From contig OY253674.1 of the NCBI GenBank assembly GCA_958009085.1, positions 620,001 to 684,000 of the forward strand: a stretch of 64,000 bases of DNA, given 5' to 3'. The translations under genes were made by a program, and so were the position numbers. Source of the stretch: Protoeuglena noctilucae. Lineage: Eukaryota. Numbering within the stretch: position 1 is the first letter of the stretch; the number at the start of each line of letters is the position of its first letter. The notes below the pieces were generated by a model that was not told where the DNA came from, ran no database searches, and was given only the letters and a program-made list of their open reading frames with translations. Positions 23,156-38,100 of this stretch are shown in pieces.

Positions 23156-26100
23156 ATGCCATCGAATGTTCGAAATATATCCGACACCGTGCGGGACCAT
23201 GTGCGCCTCACGAGACGCTGGCGGAGCACGCGCGGGTGCGAAGGCGTCCGTTGGCTCAGATGTGCTTTTCCCGACCGTCCGCGAGTTTCTGCCGCCCCCG
23301 CAGCGAGCCGGACCTTACATGTTGCCGATACGTCGGCTCTGCTGAACGTCCCGCCTCTGAAGGCAGCGCAGTTCTCCCGGAGGGCGCCACCGCAACCCTT
23401 AGGTGGAGAGACGACGCTGACGGCCGCGGAGGTCGTCGCGTGGATGAATCCCGCTGCCGTGCTGTTCCATTCGCTGCCTGATATTCGACTGGTGAGCCTC
23501 TGCGAGGCCCGCGTGCCGCGCCGGAGCGCCACGTCCTCCCTTGACGTCTTTCACTTCGTGTCTCGACGCAGGGCGTCGCGGCGGGCCAGGATGGAGGCCC
23601 GCGATCCAAGCCCACGCTCATACTCAGCAAGCGTCTTCAGGGCGACACGACATCGGCGCTTAAGGCCGTCCTGAGGGCCCCTGTGTGGGGCGGCGCGACA
23701 TCGTGGCTCTTGATCCCGCTCCTCTGTCCGTCCAGGTGAGATTTGCGAGGCGATATGCGGTCATACTCACCTCTGTTGCGCTGAGCACAGGATGGCTGCC
23801 TCCCGCGACGCGTGCCCTTCCTTTGGGGCTCAACGTCCCAACGACATTCTGCGAGTGTGCGGACCTTCCCATGCCTCCCTGACCGCAGCCTAGAGCCTGG
23901 CGAGGCGGGTGTCTGCGCTATCGTCGACGCCGTGCTCGAGGCTGCGGCCCCCGCGCCCGGCACGGGCCCCGCGGCGGTGTCGATCGCAGCGCACCGTGCC
24001 ATCCTCTCCGTGTGTCAGTGCGAGAGTGCTGCGGTGTTGTTCCGGGAAAGTCAAGTCCGCCTGCTCTTGAAGATCCTTCTGGACACTCTGGTGAGCAGCG
24101 CGCCCCCTGCCGCGCCACGCTCGCTTTCCCATGGTCCCCGTGCACTCTGCCGTTGCTGGCGAGCGCTTTTCAACAAAGTCATGTTCAATTTCGTGCATGG
24201 TCGTCCGCAGATGGATCCGGGACTTCTTTGCCCGACCCCGGACCAGGAGGCGGCGCTGGACTTGCGCCCGCGCCATGCCTTTGGGGCCCGCAAGCAGAGC
24301 CGGCGGGCCATAAGCGCCCTCTGGCGCACCCAAGCCCTGCTCTCCATTCGCCGGCTCCTCACGGCCGCCAGCCTCAACCAGCTCGGGGCTGGGTTTGTGG
24401 AGGAGAGTGTCGTGTCGCTGGTGAACCTGGTGAGCGCCATTCCTGTGACTGTACCCATGCGCGGTGTCTGCTGTGGTGTAGACACAATGCTCTGATGCTC
24501 GCTGGCTCTCGACGCCATCGCCACTGCTGCTGGCGCCGACCTCTAAGGCCACGCACCCCGCCGCTCCGATCGCAGCTCCCTGCCATGGATGCCGTTTGGG
24601 TTTTGGAGGGCCTGCTCACCAACCCGACACTTGTCGAGGCGATCGGGCATGGCAAGCCGAGAAAGGCCCCGCCCGCTGCGGCCGTCCACGTCTTCGAGTC
24701 CATCGTCGCTCACGTGCTGCAAGCCTGGCAGGGACACAAGGGCCAAGACGACCCCAAGGCGGGGCTGAGGCAAGTCGCGGTCGCGCCTGTTGCATCGCCA
24801 CATGCGGCGCCCATGAGACGATGCCCGCCCTCGTGCTGACAGACCCGGGAACGAACGTTGCCGCACTTCCACGCAGCGCGGAGTCCACGCGGATGATCCG
24901 CCACGTGCTCAACAGCACGTGCCTGCCGCATGCGATGGGGACGTCGGGCGTGCTGGTGCAGGCGCGTGCGTGGCTCAAGTGCGCTGGGGTCGTGGCGCCC
25001 ACCGATGACCGCTACCCCGCGTACGAGAGCTGCCTTGCGGGGGAGTGGAGCGCCGCGCTCATGGTGGACCTCCTGGGCACGCTGATGTCCGCCAAGGTGC
25101 GCCACGTGCCCCTGTGGGGACCCTGAGAGACCCTCCACGATTGCCGATTGATGCGAGGGTACCAACCGCTGTGTGGGGCGGGTGCCGGAGGAAGTGGGTT
25201 TGCACATGACGTCCCACGCACAACACCCTCCGCGGTCTTGTCTTCTGCAGGGCACCGTGTCGGTGCTGGACAGCCACGGCCTTGCGCAAGTCATCGACAT
25301 GGTATTGGCCGGAGCGGCGGGCGAGCCAAGGGCGGCGCCGGCGAGGGGCGGAGGGCCCGAGTTTGCGCAAGACTCGGACCTCGACATCCGCCGCACCCAG
25401 AGCGGCCTCCTGGCGGGCCCGCCGCCTTCCACGGGGATAGTCACGTCGATCATGCCGGGTGGCGTGCCGGCGGCCATCGCAGGCCAGCGAGCGGGGTCGC
25501 TGCGGGAGACGACGCTACTGGTGGGAAGCAGGCGTGCGAGCAGCGCCCGCCCCAGTCACGCGCGAGGAGAGGAGCGCGCGCCCCCCGCGCCCCCCGCGCG
25601 CGAGTCGGGGGCTGAGGGAGGGTCGGTCGTGATGGGGGGGGAGGACTCGGCGGGCCCTGGGGAGCCCAGCGTGGCGGCGCTTTCAGGGCCCATCGAGGCG
25701 CCGCGCGCCAGCCCCACGAGCCTGCAAGTGAGGGCGCCCCCGCTGAGTGGTGTATATGGTCACCATCTCTACCCTTGTGTTTGCCTTTGCACCCGTGCAT
25801 CACGATATACTTGACTCTAACGTCGCGCCTGCCCCGCAGGTGATTTTGGCCATGCTGAAGAGCGACCAGGGTATGCCCCAGGCGGTCGTGCTGCGTTGCC
25901 TGCTGGAGCTGATACGCAGGGACACCACGGCGCCTCTCCCTGGCGCGCAAGAGGACGAGTTAGGGCCGAGTCACGGTGACCTGGCGGGCCTCTCGCCCCT
26001 GGCCTCCGTGGAGGCGGCGTTCCTGCACGTGCCAGCGGGCTCGAGTGGCGGGGTGTCCCGGGCGGGCAGCGAGGCGTCGGTCACGGCGCCCGGCGGTGGG

Positions 26101-29100
26101 CAGAGCGACTCGGGTGACAGCATGAGCGTCGACAACGGGGCTGTGACGATGACGTCCGTGGCTGTCTCGGCGACGAGGCGGGAGGGCCTGGGAAGAGTGG
26201 AGGGAGAGCCCCCGCCGAACAAACTGCCCACGCTTCTCGACCAGATGCCCGCCTTCTCGTTGGCGCGAGAGGGCCTCGCGTGCCGGTGCGCCATACGCTC
26301 TCTGGACCCCGAAGACGTCAAGCAGGTGCGGCGCTGCAGCCTGTATGCATGCTGCGGAAACTGGGTGCCGTACACTGGAGGACAACTGCGGGACTGTGAC
26401 GCATCGCGGTGCTGGCGCGTGCAGGTGCGCAACGCGGTGATGGCCAAGGCCCGGGCGATGGATCGGGAAGTGGAGGCAGAGAGCGCGCGACAGGGCAATG
26501 CCGCGCCGCAGCCATCTGCCCGCGACCCGGAGTCGGCACTGGCCGCGCATCACGCCGCGGCGGTCGGGGCGCTCGCCACGCTGCTGTGGAGCGCCTGCGC
26601 CGAGGCCAAGCTGGCCCCGGCAGACGTCCGCGCGACTCTCCGGCAGATGCTGCTGCTGGGTCAGGGCGCCGCACAGCCCCAGGACTCCTTCGGCCCAGCG
26701 CTGGCACTGGCGGGGCTCCGGGACTTCCTCTCTCCCAGCACTGCAGCGGGGCTCCGTCGCGGCGCCCACGCACCTCCGCACGTCTCGCATCTCTCCCCGG
26801 ACACACGCACGGCCCTGCGCCTGCTGCTGGACCTGAGCCTGGCGGGCCCTGGCGCGGTGCTGTGCGCCTACCGAGGGGCGGTGTCCGTGCTCGAGGCCGG
26901 GGAGAGCACCCCGGACGGCCCGAGGCCCCTGCGCGCCCCGCTGCGGCAGGCCATGCTCGCCGTGAGCGCCTCCGGGCCTCTCTCCCCCGCACGCCTGGCT
27001 GCCACGCTCGCCGCCCTGTCGCGTGCCCTGGGCGTGCGCCCGGGCCGCCCCCTGCCCCCTCGCGCCGCCGAGGCGTTCGTCCGAGAGGACCGCGCGGCCG
27101 TGGACCAGGCCCTGCGCGCCCTCCGCGACCGCCTGAGTCCCTCTGCCCCTCGCGAGGGTCACAAGGCGGCCGTCCTGACCATCCAGGCGCTGCTCGACTC
27201 GCCCCTGGTCCTCTCCCTCGCCCAGCCGGCCACGCTCTCGCTGTGCCTCACGGCGATTTTGTTCCACTGTGCCGAGGCCGACCCGGACCGCGCGCTCGCT
27301 GCCGTGCGCCTGGCATTGGCATCTCGCCACGTCATGGCCAGAGTCGCGCCCTTCCTCGACGCGGGGTTCGCCTCCAAGCTCTTCTCCGTGGCGGTCTGCG
27401 TCGCCTGCCATCTGGAAGAGGGCGGGCAGGCGGGGATGGTGCCGCCGCGGCCGACCCTGGGGTTGGGCGATGAGCAGGTGTGGCTGCCCCACGCACCCAC
27501 CTGCGCCCACGCCGGTAGGGTGCCCTCTCTTTTGTAGACTAAGTAACCATCCCTTTTCCTCATTCTCGCAGCATTGGGAGGCGGAGGCGCGGCGGTGCGA
27601 GCACGCCCTCCTGTCGTGGTTTGCACCGACGGCCTTCCCGCCCGCCGAGCTCCCTCTGTCGCTCGTCCACGCGCTCCTCATGCACGGCGTGCTCGGCCCC
27701 GACAGCGCGGTCCCGGCGATCAAGGGCAGCGTCCTGCTGGCGGCGCTGGAGCGCGTTGCCGACGTTGACGAGGCGTCGGGTGACTTCGTGCACCCCAGTG
27801 CCCTGGAGGTGGTGTGGTCGCTCGACCGAGTCGTCACGACCGACACAGGTCCCTTCCTTTCCGAGCAATTCACCGATCTGGTCGTCAAGCAGGGCCCGAC
27901 CGGCGCGTGCCTCCTGGCTCGCGTCCTCGGCCGCAACCGGGCCCTTCGCTTACGCTTCACGCCGGCACAGGTGCAGCTCGTGTGCCAGCGCCTCCTTGAC
28001 CTCTTCCTGCAAGCCGTCGCGGAGGACCGCACGGCCTGTCTCCTCGAGAGGTCCTTCTCGGGAAAGTCCGCGATCGTCGGCAACGCAAGCAATGGGTCGC
28101 CCCTTGACCTGCTCTTCGCCATCCAGGCCGTGGCGGACGAGCAGGAGGGCGGGTCCATGCTCGGGCGCCTCCTGCCGGGACAGGTCCTGGCGCTGTGGGA
28201 GCGCCTGCACGCAGCCATGAGGGAGGCTGAGGGGGTCCGCCGTGCCAGCCTGTTGCACACCCTCGCCGCCATGGCAGGCAGCCGCGACGTCGTGCGGCAG
28301 GTCGTTGGGGCCGCCCCGGCTCTTTTGGCCGAGGCGCTCGCGCTTCTGGGGCGCACGGAGGACGGGTCGGACGCGATGGCCGCTGAGGCGGAGGCCTTTG
28401 CTGCTGCCAGGAGAGCGGAGAGCTCAGATGCCCGCAGTTCCCTCTCGGCGACCGGGAGTGGTCTCTCGCGGCCGGGCTTGTCGGGGGACCTCGGCTCGCT
28501 CGTGTCGACGCCGACCTTGATGCCCTCTCCTCCGGGCACGCCCCACTGGGGACCCTCCGTGGACCCCGGGGCCTTGGGACCCACCCCGCAGGGCCCCACG
28601 CCGACCGCGGGGCTGCAGATGGCGGCGCGCGGGGTGCTGCTGGCGTTGCTCGCGAGCCCGGACATCCCAGCTGCGGGTGTGCTGGGACCCGCCGCGCCTC
28701 AGGTCGCCATCCACGCCGTGCTCTTCCCGCGGCACGCGCCGGCCGACCCCGCCGCCACCGATGCGGCGTGGTGGCCGGACGAGCACGTTGCGGCTGAGCT
28801 CGCGGAATTGCTGCTGCAGCCGGCCCTTCAGGAGTGGCTGGGGGCGGGCGGCAGGCGCGCCGTGCTGGGAGCGCTCGCCCGACACGCGGCTGCCGTCCAC
28901 ACGGGGGTGGACACGGGCCCGGTGCACCCCGTCGGGGCCATGGTTCTCGGAACGCTGTTCACCCGTGTGCCGCCGTCGCCCCGCTCGCGCCCGGCCCTGC
29001 TCTCCGTGCAGACCCACTGTGCACCGGTCCTCGATATACTCCACCTGTGCGTGCTGGCGCATGTCCCCGCCCTCCACGGCATCGCCAGGGACGTCCTGGC

Positions 29101-32100
29101 GGCCCTGGCGGAGGCGCCGGAGACGCCGCAGCCCCGCGACTCGGACCGGGCCGTCTTGCGCCGGATGTCGGGCCCGAGCGCGGGCCTCACGAGGCGCGTC
29201 TCGAGCGTCACCGCCAGCGCCCTCAGCAAGTCCGCCGCGAACGGCGTCAGCGCTGGCGTGGCTTACGTGCAGGGGCCTCTGGTGGCCCTCTGGGTCCAGT
29301 CCCTGGAGGGTTTGGTCACGGGCGCAGCGACAGGCGGGGACGCGCCGGCGGCGCCCCTGGGGGCGTTGGAGAGCGGAGCGCTGCCGTGCGCGATCGTGCG
29401 GGGCGGCGAGTGGGGTCTCGCGCCCGGCGCGCTGCAGGCAGTCAAGGCACGAGACCTGGCGGAGGCGGCAGGGCGGGCGCTGGGGCTTCTCCCCGTGTCG
29501 TCGACCACTGCTGAGGACGTCCGCTTGGTGCTGGGCCCCAGCGCTGCTGTGGTGCCGCTCGGACTGCCCTCGATGAAGGCTGAGGGGCCCAGGGTGTCTC
29601 TGCAGATGTACCTCGCGGAAGCTTGCGTCAACGAGATCGTCCCGGGCAGCGCGGCGGTGGCGGGGAAGACCGAGACGCCCTCCCACCGACGCACGCGCAG
29701 CCGAGGGTCGCAGAGGTGACTAATGTAGTGACTGCCGTCGATTGGATGCTGGATCCGGGAGTCGATCGAGCCGGTACCAGGTGGCGCACGGGCACGCGTT
29801 CGCATCTTCATGCTGGTCCCTTGATCGTCCCTTGCGTCCATCTCCGCAGCTCGCACCGCCTCAGCCAGTCCACCGGGGACCCCGCGGACACCGCATCGAG
29901 GCTAACGTGGATCCTCAGCACCGACCTCCAGCTCCTCGCGCCCTTCGGGTCCCCCACCGTCTGTCCCGTCGTCCGCAGCCTCGTGCTGTCGCTCTCGGAC
30001 GCATCCCTCGCCCGGGCCATCGACGCCGTCTCGGTCAACTACGCTGCCCACCGGTGAGGGATCTCACGGGCCATGTGCTAGCACCGCAGCCGCACGACTG
30101 GCCGGCCACTTCGACAGAGTGGGTAGAATGGGTTGACACAAGCACATAAACCTGCCCTGTGGGCCTGCAACTGCGGTTCCTGCCTCCCTGGCCCCAGGAC
30201 GAGCAGTGCAGGGGCTGCGTGGGACCTCCTGGTCGTGCCCCTCACGGCCCTGGCTCAGTCGCTGGGGTACAGCCACCTGGGTTCCAAGAGCCGCGCCCTC
30301 GCGCAGCTGAGCTCGGTGCTGACAGATTTCGTCGGGGAAGCGACAGCGGTGAGTTGTTCACACCAGGATGAGCGGGGCTCGGGAGGCGCTTTGCTGAAGT
30401 GCGCAGTCGCCCACGGCCCTGTCAGGCAGCACCGAAGCGGGTTGCATGGAAACGAACCGTTACTCCGCGGCGTGTCGCGCAGTCCAATGACTCGAGGACG
30501 CAAGCGTGCTTGGACGTGACGGTCAGGGCGCTGTGCAAGAGCGCGACGGGGGCCGCAGCCATCCTCAAGGCACTCTCGGGGGCTAAGACGGTCTCCGCGC
30601 GTGTCCGGCTGCTCACCATCATGTCCGAGTCGGGGATCGCGTCCGTCGTGCAGGCGAGGGGTCGCTCACAGCGCAGCGTCTGCCTGCACCGTCTCGGCCA
30701 TGACCGGTCGCGTCGGCCGCGGTTGCCCGGCAGCGCCGGCCTCCCCACCACGCTAGCATAGCGGTGATGGTTCGTTCCCGCAGACGCACAGCGCCGCGAC
30801 GACCATCCTGGCTGCGATGAAGAACTGCCTGGCCAAGGCGGGGCGCATCCGCATGTGGACGGGGCGCAGGGACGGACCCGCAGCGGACGCCCCGGCTGCG
30901 TCGACGGGAGCGGACAAGGCGGCGCGCGAGTCGTCGGCCCCGGAGCGCCAGGATGGGGCGGGAGGGTCGGGAGAGGTGGTGACGGGGGCAGGGGTGGTGC
31001 CAGGGCTGGGGCCTGGGGTGGCGGCCTCCGGAGTTTCCCCACCTCCTTCACCCCAGGGCATGCCCCGGTCCCCTAGCACCAACTCCCTCCTCATCCGCGG
31101 TGAGCTGCGGAGTGCCGCGACCACCCACGCCCCGATTGCACCCTTGCTTGCACGTCGCTCAACAAACGCACCTGCTGCTGTCCGCGTTTTCAGGCGGGAC
31201 TCCGCCGCCGTCCAAGCCATTCCGCCTGCCGAGCGCCTTCGAGGGCGCGTACGAGGCCCGGAGTCGCTTTGACCCAGGGACCTCCGGGACACAGGCGGCG
31301 CCGGGGTTCCGTGCAGGAGACGACGCCGACCAGAGGGCCGCGCTCGCGCCGGACGGGGAGCAGGCCGCGGCAGGCGGCACCCCGCAGACGAGCCAGCTGG
31401 AGGGCGCTGGGGTCGTGACCGGGTCCGCGCCGCCCGGCGATGTGCGGGGTGCCGGGGCCGGGCCACCACCGCCGCCCTCTGAGGGAGTGGAGGGCATCAT
31501 GGCGGGCGTGCGCGCGCTGGCGAGTGCCGCGGCAGCGTTTGCTCGCGACATGTCGCGCACCCCGTGTCCCCGCCACTTCATGCGTGCGATGGTCACCCTC
31601 GTGCTTGCCATCCACGCTCGCAGTGCCAGATGGTGGCGTACGCCAAGTCTTCCGTGGCCCAGGACGCCCTCGTGGCCCTGTCTAAGGTCCTCGCGGGCCA
31701 CGTCGGCCACTCGGGCCGCACGCTCGCCGCCCAGCGCCTGCATGCATCGGCGGTCGTGGGACGCATCTCCATCCCCGCCCTCCGCGCCCTGGACCTCGAC
31801 AAGCCCATGCGGGAGATGGTGGCGGACAAGAACTTCCGGGGTTTCCGATCCGTGGGTGAGCAGCGGAGGGCGAGGCACAGGGCGGCGGGCGAGACGGCAG
31901 TGCAGCACCGCTTGACCCCGATCGCTGCACGGAGTCATCGCAGCGCACGCGGCTAGGGGCGTGTTCCTTTTCCAAAAACCGGCTGTTCCTGCTCCGCAGC
32001 TTGCCTGGCAGCGCTGGTGGCGGGCGGGGAGGACGTTCTGGCGGTGCTGGATCCCAAGACCAGGACAGCGCTGGGGAACGCGGCGGGCCAAGGCCCCGGG

Positions 32101-35100
32101 GGTGCGGCGGTGCAAGGTAGGGAACATGGCGTGGCCGATGCGTCGCGTGGGCACCTCATAAAGCCCATGGCAGCTTGCCGTCTGCCAGTGTGCCTGTCAG
32201 TTGGCTCAATGCCTGTCAGGATGCCACGTGCCTCTCACTTTGCTGAAAGCCAAGCACCAAGACAGGCACCTCCCGCCCGCACGCAGAAGAGGGCTCCAGC
32301 TCAGGGCTCGAGGCAACGGCTGCTGCGGAGATGTCGGCAGCGAGTCGTCAGGGTCACTACAGTGCCTTTAAGACTCTGCTGGTGCTCGCCACGGCCAAGG
32401 GCGGAAGCCCCATCCTTCCCCAGGCGAGCATCTCGGGGGATATTGTGGGCTGAGCTGCCGTGCTGCCATGGCCCATGCTGCACCTGGCAGGCTTCCGATG
32501 CAGCGACCGGCGCCCCTCCGCTGGCCTTCCGCAGGCGACCATGGCAGCGGCCTTGCTTGTCCGGGCGGGTGATCGCGTCCTCACCGAAGCCAACGACCGG
32601 TTGGGGTCTGCCTGGCTGGGGCACCTGCTTGCCGCGGGCCTGGTGAGGGGCCACGCGCGTGTGCATGTTCGTACACTGCTCGCGTCTGCTCAGTCGCGGA
32701 CGGAGGGTGTTGAGGGCAGGGCCGCGTCGTGTGCCCGCAGTCGAATGGCGCGAGCCCAGCGGACCCGACGCGGGCGCTGGCCTCACTTCAAGTGCTCGCC
32801 TGCTGCCCGCCGTCCTCCGGCGGGGCGCTCGCCTCTGCCATCGGCGTGGCGGGCCCGGTGCTGGCGGCGCGGATCGACAGCTTGCTGCAGGCGTCCGCTA
32901 CGGGGGGAGTTGGCAAGGGGAGCTCCCCGCAGCAGGCGCTGGCACCGGCGACGCCCAGCGCAGCGGCCATGGCGGCCCTCGGGAGCCTCGCTGCGATGGG
33001 GGCGAGGAAGCTCTTCTACATCATCCTCGAAGGACAGGCGGACTCTGCATCGCCTGTGGTCGACTGGTCCAGCTTCCGAGCGCGTTTCTTGGCGGGGCAG
33101 CTGCCGTCAGATTGATGCGCCTCGTGCCCCTTTTCCCGCGCGCAAATGATTCACCAGCGCCCATTTGCATATACCAAGCACATTACGACCATGCATCGGT
33201 GGTAAAAGGAGGGCGTTTTGAGCGTTTCCGTGTCCATTGAAGAAAGGGTGAATCTCGGCCCTGCCGGGCGGACAATAACATTCTTCGACTGCCATGAAGC
33301 TCAGCAGGGAGGAGAAGCAGGTGCCTACGATAGCGGGGCGACGGCGGGGCCGCTGAAAGACTTGGCGGCCAGGTTTAACTACCTGCGCGGAGTTCCCGCA
33401 GATGAGGGACGACCTCACTGAGCGGCTTGGGCGATCTTCAGGTGACGATGTCGGAGCAGAGCTCGCCGTGGATGTCTCCGCCTCAGAGAGCGAGACGAGC
33501 GCGGGAGTGCGCTTTTCAGGGGCGCACGTCGTGCCCCTGCGCGGCTCCGATCCTTCGATGCGAAGCGGCCCGTGATTGGCTCGACGCGTGCTCCTGTCGC
33601 AACTCACTCCGCAGCCGTTCTGTGGCGGGCGATGGATCAGATGGAGTCTGTCAAGGGCGCCGAGCGCAAGGGCGGAAAACAGGCCGACGCCGCCTCGGTC
33701 GCTGCGGTCGAGCAGCAGTGGATTAGCATGGTGGTTACTGCAGAAGCCATGATGAATGCGCATGTATGACTACGGCCGTGGCGCGACGATCGAATGTGCC
33801 GCTCCCGGTTGCAGTTCGTGCTCCTGCCCCCCGCCATCGATCTGGTGGACCTCGCGAAGGCTCCCGGTGAGCATCTGACAGCGGCGAGGTTGCGTAGTTC
33901 GGAGCGTGCGGGGCATGGGCGTGACGCAGCCCCGATCCTCTAATCCTCTGGTGCAGTCCATGGCGAGGCGTTCCCGGCCCAGACCGTCCGGTGGCACAGC
34001 GGCGTCCAGGCGGCGAGGCAGCGCATCCACAAAGCCTGCAATGCGTTGATGTCATGCAACATCACGGTGTTACAAGGGATGTCCGTGGCGTTAGCGTGAG
34101 TGGCGCTCCCAGGCATCGGGCTCCATAGCGACCGTGCCCTCCCCGAGCCACCTGTGGTGGCCCTGCTTGCAGTGCCAAGCTGCACAAGGTGCACGCCATG
34201 TGTGCCGTCACCATGTTCGGGGTCGTGACGGCCGTGGCGGAGGCCCTGTGGCGCGTCCTCCAAGCCAAGCCGCTCAGCAGCGCAGCGCAGCTGTCGCTCT
34301 TTTCGCCAGCTGCCGCGCACAAGATGGCTCTGGAGGTGAGTCTGCCACGTCAGCACCGGACGCAAAGCTGAGGCGTGGCGCCACGAGTGGGCATCGCAGT
34401 CCCACCCTGTCCACAACATCGCAGGACGCTGCGCTGTCGCTCTTCAGCGACGCCACTCGCATTCTGGTCAAAGCCTACGCGCTGCTTACTTTAGCATCGA
34501 AGTTCGGCAACGGCGCCAACAAGACGGAGGACCGCCTGATTGTCCAGGTGAGGCTGCGCTGGCGATGCCGGGGCGGGCACCCGTGAATGCCACGGTGCCA
34601 CTCACGAACGCCACGTCGACGACACCCCCCCTTGCGCCCATCCGCAGCAAGCGCGAGTCGTGTGGGACGAGACGGGGGCTTTTGACCTTCTCACCCACGC
34701 TCGGGTGGTCGCCCTAGCGCATGCCATCGTTCAGTGAGCTGCTGAGCGCCAACAACGCAGTTATCTCTCCATCTGCTGAGACTTGGGCCAATCGTAGGTC
34801 CACTCGTCTCCCCGTCTTTCATCCCCCAGCCCCTCATGCCACGCAGGCACCCACGCTTCAGGGCGGCCGTGCAACACCCGCCCTCCCTGCCTGGTCAGAC
34901 ATCATCCGATCTCTGGACTGATCCCGCACCCTGGAGGCGACGTGAGGACGGAGCTGCGCTCGGGCTGGCATGCCACGCGTACCGCAGACGCTAGCGCGAC
35001 GAGGGTTGATATGGATGTGGCGCCCGCCCCTGCAGTCTTTTTCGTGGCGTACACCAACAACGAACTGGGCCGTCGCATGTGGACCCTCATGTCCCTCACG

Positions 35101-38100
35101 CAACTCCACGAGCTGAGGTGACGAGATGCACACAGTCGAGGCCGGGGTGCAATTCCCATGCTCCATGTGACTGCGCCTCCCGTGCGACTCACGTGACGGC
35201 CATTCCTGGCGGGCCCGCGTTCGCGATGCCACCCATCTGGATTCCTGCCCACAGCTACGTGTGCTTGATGCTCTTCCTTGCGGCGGAGACCCAGCGGACG
35301 TACCGGTGGGCCGAAGCCGCCCTCATGGCCGCCAGGACGGTGTGTTGCATGTGAGTCCCCGGATCGAATCTACGGCTGCCGCTGTAGCTGGTGCCGATGC
35401 CTGGACTGGGTGGATTCCTCCCTAATGCCGTCACGCGCCCCTGCGCACTCGCCCCAGCATCGGGCGCCGATTGAGCCGCTCGGAACCCCGCCCTGGCCTC
35501 AGAATGCCAGATACGTGCCACTTCACGCACAACGAGTATTTCGGAGAGGAAATGAAGGTGCTTTTGCAGCTCTGACACCCGGTGACGCCCAGTGGCTGTT
35601 GTGCCAGCGCATGGCTCCACTGTTTTGCGCCAAACAGGCAGTGCGCTGTCCTCTGCTGCTCGACGCCGCGTATTGCGGCTGCCTCGCAGGAACGGAGGTC
35701 GCTTCCCGCGCTACCCTCCTTGGCCCATCCCTTGCAGGGTGCTCCCGGGGCCCCAACGCGGGATGCGGTGGCGGCGGCGTTTGGCGACAGCATCAACGTT
35801 GCTGTGCATAGTGAGCGCGGCATCATCCAACGAGTCATCGGTGAGTGAGCCGGTCGGCGATTTGCACCCCCAGTTTCAGTGCTCCGAGTATCCCACGGCG
35901 GCTTGGCCCAGTGCCTGCGTGCGGGCCGCAGCAGCCACCAATGTCGCCCCGACGGTCGCCCCGCTCGCAGATCTTTTGCGCGATGCGCCCACTATGTTCC
36001 ACAGCACGAACTTGTCCGGGTGCTGGTCCAAGGAGGCCCTGGTGGTGTCGGCGTCAGGGGTCGAGGTGCTCCTCAGTTTCCAGGCCCAGTGAGTGCCGCC
36101 AGCCCGCGCCGCTTGCTCCGCGCGGGCCTAGACCGCTCGCATGCTAACGCGCACAGCCCGACTGCTCGCCAGGACCCAGAACATGAAGGGCATGACAGAC
36201 GACGTGCTGGGAACGCTGACGGGTGCGCAGCGCCTCGCGCCCACGTAGGGGCCGCCCTGCCTCCTAGCGACCTTGCCTTACATCATCGTGGTTCTGTTCG
36301 AGCGCGCACGGCGTCGCAAGAGGCATCTGCCGCCCTAGCTGCATGCAGCTCGTAGTGACGCGCGCCGCACCTCGCCCGCAGCCACGACGAAGCTCGTCTC
36401 CGACATCATCGGTCCGCTTTCGGACCTCCGTCACGCCGCGTGGCTCGCGGACATCGGGTGGCAGGAGCAGGACAGAGCAGAGGAGCGTTACGATGTGGAT
36501 GGCCCGTGCCTGGTCCCGCCCGAGTGCCTCCTCCTCTTCCACCAGAACGTGCTGCAGATGTTTGCGAGCAAGCCTTTTCGTGTGCGAGTCCAGGCCGAGC
36601 CGGTGCTCGAGGCCGTGTCGGGGGCCCAGGTGAGACGCCAAGTGCCGACGTACGGTCCCCGCGCCAAGCAGTTCAGCGGACCCTGCACGCGCGTGCCTCT
36701 GACCAGCGGCGTCCCTGTTGATCTATCGCAATCGCAATCGCAATCACGGCGTAGTGCGACGATGAGACGCGCATGGGAGTATGGGCCTTTGTGCCCGGAG
36801 CACGCTTCTTCCCACGTGGTCGCAGTTTCTGTGTCAGGAGTACATTGCAAGGAGGCGACGGACCCATAGGGGTATTGATGAAGTGGAACTGACATCGTCC
36901 CGCGCCTCGGCCGGCTTGCACTTCATCGCCGACGTGCTCTGCGATGGCGCAGGGGCCCTCGCGGCCACGTCAAACGTGCTGGACTATTTGCTCCAGCGAG
37001 ACGAGGAACTGCAGCTGCTAGTCGAACAAGACGCCTTCGTACCCTATGGTGCGTGCCGCCGAGTGCTTGGTGCGAGCGACGCACTTGATACTAAGTGGTG
37101 TGCATGGTCGAACTGGACGCCTGCCGGCTGCCGTGTGCCACGGTGACGGGCAGTAACGGGCATTCACCATCACCCCACCCCGAGGTCCGTCGCGACGTGT
37201 CCCTTGCGACCATCGACCGCAGAGCATCGCGGGCTGCCTGTGGCCGAGAAGTCCAAGCTTGGGTACGGGGACGTGGTCGAGGCGGTATTTCAGGCAAGTG
37301 ACAGCGATGCCGCGGCCGCCGCCACCTCCACATCACCTCACACAACGGAGGGACCCGCGCCTCGCTGTCCATCTACTCAGGCGTTCCTGGCAAGGATGCT
37401 GGGGCCCGTGCTGGACCTGGCATGGGAGGTCCTGCGGAGACCCTCCGAGGTCGGCCAGGCGGCACTGGAGCGGCGCTGCTTGCGAGCGGTTTGCTTCCTG
37501 GCCCTGGCGGAGAGCGTCGGGATCCCGGGCTTCGACTGGACGACGGGCAGCGAGCTAATAAAACGCAATCGGGAGTTCCTGACGAGTCTTTCCCTCACAC
37601 TGTGCGTCATCGAGTACAGCTGTTCCACAGCTGTTATTGCTTTGTCAGGTACGGGCGCGGTACGGGCGCGGTGCGCGTGGGGTTCCTCGCCACGACGCAG
37701 CGCGTCGATTGGGCCGGGCGAGCTCTGAGCCGCCCTACCCCTTCGATGAGCGCAGAGATGGGGGCTTCCCTGGCACCCAGCATAGGGCGGGACCTGAAAC
37801 TCCTGGAGGACCTGATCAAAGAGATCCAGCGGAGGGAGAAGGCCGAGGTCTATGAGGACAAGGACATAGAAGAGCTCCTCAGAGCGGTGCGGGACGTCGC
37901 GAGCACTTCCGGGGTGGCACCCAGCCAAGACGTCGCGCAAGTAACATTCGACAGTGACGACAGCGATGACGAGGAGGGGAGTCAGCTCGAAGCGGATGCA
38001 GACGAGGTGTTGAAGGGGTGGGGATTGGACGGACTCCGGAGCAGGGCCCTGCAGAGCCAGGCCCAGGGGCCCTGGAAGGGGTCGGGTTCAGTGGGCCCCG

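Noticed and set aside
25960..28665. 901-aa minus-strand ORF and many other long overlapping ORFs in the track
   Set aside because: These are shadow ORFs expected in very GC-rich DNA, antisense to spliced coding exons and with no recognisable motifs.
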